Assembly: GCA_964016885.1 (NCBI GenBank)
Contig: OZ024746.1
Coordinates: forward strand, 11,966,001 to 12,030,000
Direction of reading: 5' to 3'
DNA from: Eledone cirrhosa
Taxonomy: Eukaryota
Length of the DNA: 64,000 bases
The stretch's first letter is position 1. Every line of letters begins with the position of its first letter. The position numbers and the translations under genes are program-made. The notes beneath the pieces are model-generated. The model saw only the letters and a program-made list of their open reading frames with translations, did not search any database and had not been told where the DNA came from. Positions 62,121 through 64,000 of this stretch are shown here, in pieces.

Positions 62121-63069
62121 ATAAGAGTAAGTTTTTTCTAGTCAATCTCTTGGGATAGGAAGTTTACTAAGATAGATAAATAGGTAGATAACGATAAAAC
62201 AGTAAAATAAAATGTCTTAGATTAAGGAACCTAAATATTTTTAAAAATGTCTGCATTTGGCTTCTTTTAAGTGTACATCTTTGAGGTAAAATGGCTGAGT
62301 GGATAAAGACAAGCTGTTGGCTCAGGAACAGTGGGTGCAAAACTATTGTGGATATTTTTGCTGTGTTTCTGAACAGGGCAGATTGTCTCATTTTCACTTA
62401 ACTGTGAATAAATTGAATGGAATTCTAGACTATAGCTTCCATAAATGGAACTCAAGCTTCCGACTGCTAGCCTATCATCATCATCACTGTTATTAAAGAA
62501 GTTGTAATACCTACCACAAATTAAAAAAATATTCTTTATTCTATAATGTCTGTTTTATTACCAGCCACTTTATCAGTATATTGGGTGCATTGTATCATGG
62601 TGTCAACATTAGTAAAGTTACTTTGCTCCTACATTGCAAAAAATGTGCTCTCCATTCTATGTTGCCTGTTCTTTCAAGTCAAACATAGAGAAGAGTGTAA
62701 TGTGAAGGGGAGTGGTGAACAAAAGGTTAAAAAGAAAGTGTGTGTGATAAGGAGGAGGAGGAACGGCTACATGTTGGTTGTTTGTAGGAGGGAGATTGAG
62801 CAATAAAACTGTGCTACAGTAGCATAAAACTGGTGCTAGATAGCAACCAGAGAAGTGTGCTGGTGAACTGAAAAGTGTGATGTCAAGAGATGAATATGAG
62901 CAAAAGGTAATGTGGGAAAATTATATGAGCCTAACTGCACATTTGATATAATGTTTAGAATTGACACAATAAGAGAAGATTTATGGCGTGAGAATAAAAG
63001 TAAACCCTCTCAGCAGGTTGTCTTGCACCTATTGACACAATTCTGGTTTGAATGTTGTACCATCATTTT

Positions 63070-63257
63070 CATAATTGTTTCTACTTTTGGCACAAGGCCA
63101 GCAATTACCCAGTGCATTACTGGTACTTTATTTTATCGACCCCGTAAGGATGAAAGGCAAAGTTAACCTCGGCGGGATTTGAACTCAGAATGGCAAGGGC
63201 CGTAACTCTATACGTCAAAGCATGGCGTCCGACCCTCTACCGATACTGCCAATCCAA
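63070..63257 (-). mobile_element. Family-A SINE, full length
   Basis: Near-identical to the copy at 60778-60968. Confidence 0.85.
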
Positions 63258-64000
63258 TCACTTGTTCTTACAGTCCTCTTGACTTTTATTTCAAATTTGA
63301 AAACAGAAAAAAACAACAACCCTATTTTTTTTCTGAAACATCTGGTTTCAAATTGTGATTTTAAGTTGTGTTTGTGTGTGAGGAAGAAGAGGAGAAACTG
63401 GGTAAATGCTGTAAGATAAATAAATAAGCTTGCTGAACCAAGTTTGATTTCTATCTTTGGCTATTTTATTTAGTTTACAAATGTTTCTGAGAAAGGCATG
63501 AATATCACAGCTATTTTTTTTGCCTCCATTCCATTCAAGTGAATCCTGAAAGGTGTATGGATTAATGTTATTTGTTATAAGGTGTGGAATGAATATTTTA
63601 TTATTGTACATAAGTCATGATACATATTGTAATTTTATCAATATACTTTTCTGTTTGTGAATAACATTACATGTAATTATGAATCATGAAGTGAATGAAA
63701 AATTAGGAAGGGATATATATTGGAAAACCCCCAATATTACCATAACATATATAACATATACATATTTCTCGGCTTATATACAAGTATATACAGTAAATGT
63801 GCTGCTCAGCTTAGACACTATCTTTCTAATGAAATAATACACTGCCTATATGTTACAATTAATTCTGAAAATAACCAAAACCTCAATAAAATAACTAAGC
63901 TAAATTATGATAAGAACCTTTAAATTATACTCTAAATATCATAACGAGAAGATTAGTCATATTACTACATCCTTCTGAATTCTTAATTATTTGAAAATTA

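Larger units (their letters stand above)
33060..64000 (+). other. Putative intron 1 of the DOCK gene (at least 31 kb)
   Basis: Starts GTAAGT. I recognised no exon encoding the rest of the SH3 domain downstream, though a ~85-nt exon could have been missed by eye. Confidence 0.6.

Overview
AT-rich, repeat-dense animal genomic DNA. The SINE, RTE and microsatellite repertoire looks like an octopod cephalopod; this is inferred from recalled repeat families, not from a search. The only well-supported host gene element is a 49-nt first coding exon (33011-33059, +) of a DOCK-A/B (DOCK1-5 type) Rac GEF. It has an upstream CRE/E-box composite site and a tiny uORF, and it is followed by an intron of at least 31 kb in which I found no exon 2. 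The rest is transposon and tandem-repeat material: a near-intact full-length CR1-type LINE (PHD-like ORF1, APE-RT ORF2, one nonsense codon in each); RTE, Tx1-like and CRE-like (restriction-like endonuclease) retroelement fragments; a Gypsy gag remnant; mariner, hAT and TTAA-type MITEs; many tRNA-derived SINEs; and several large minisatellites. Nearly all long ORFs in the track are repeat artefacts. I see no novel multi-gene system. The most unusual signal is a canonical G_GGA_AAC slippery heptamer at the ORF1/ORF2 junction of the CR1 LINE, with an AUG-less ORF2 in the -1 frame. TE boundaries are approximate unless TIRs or TSDs are quoted.
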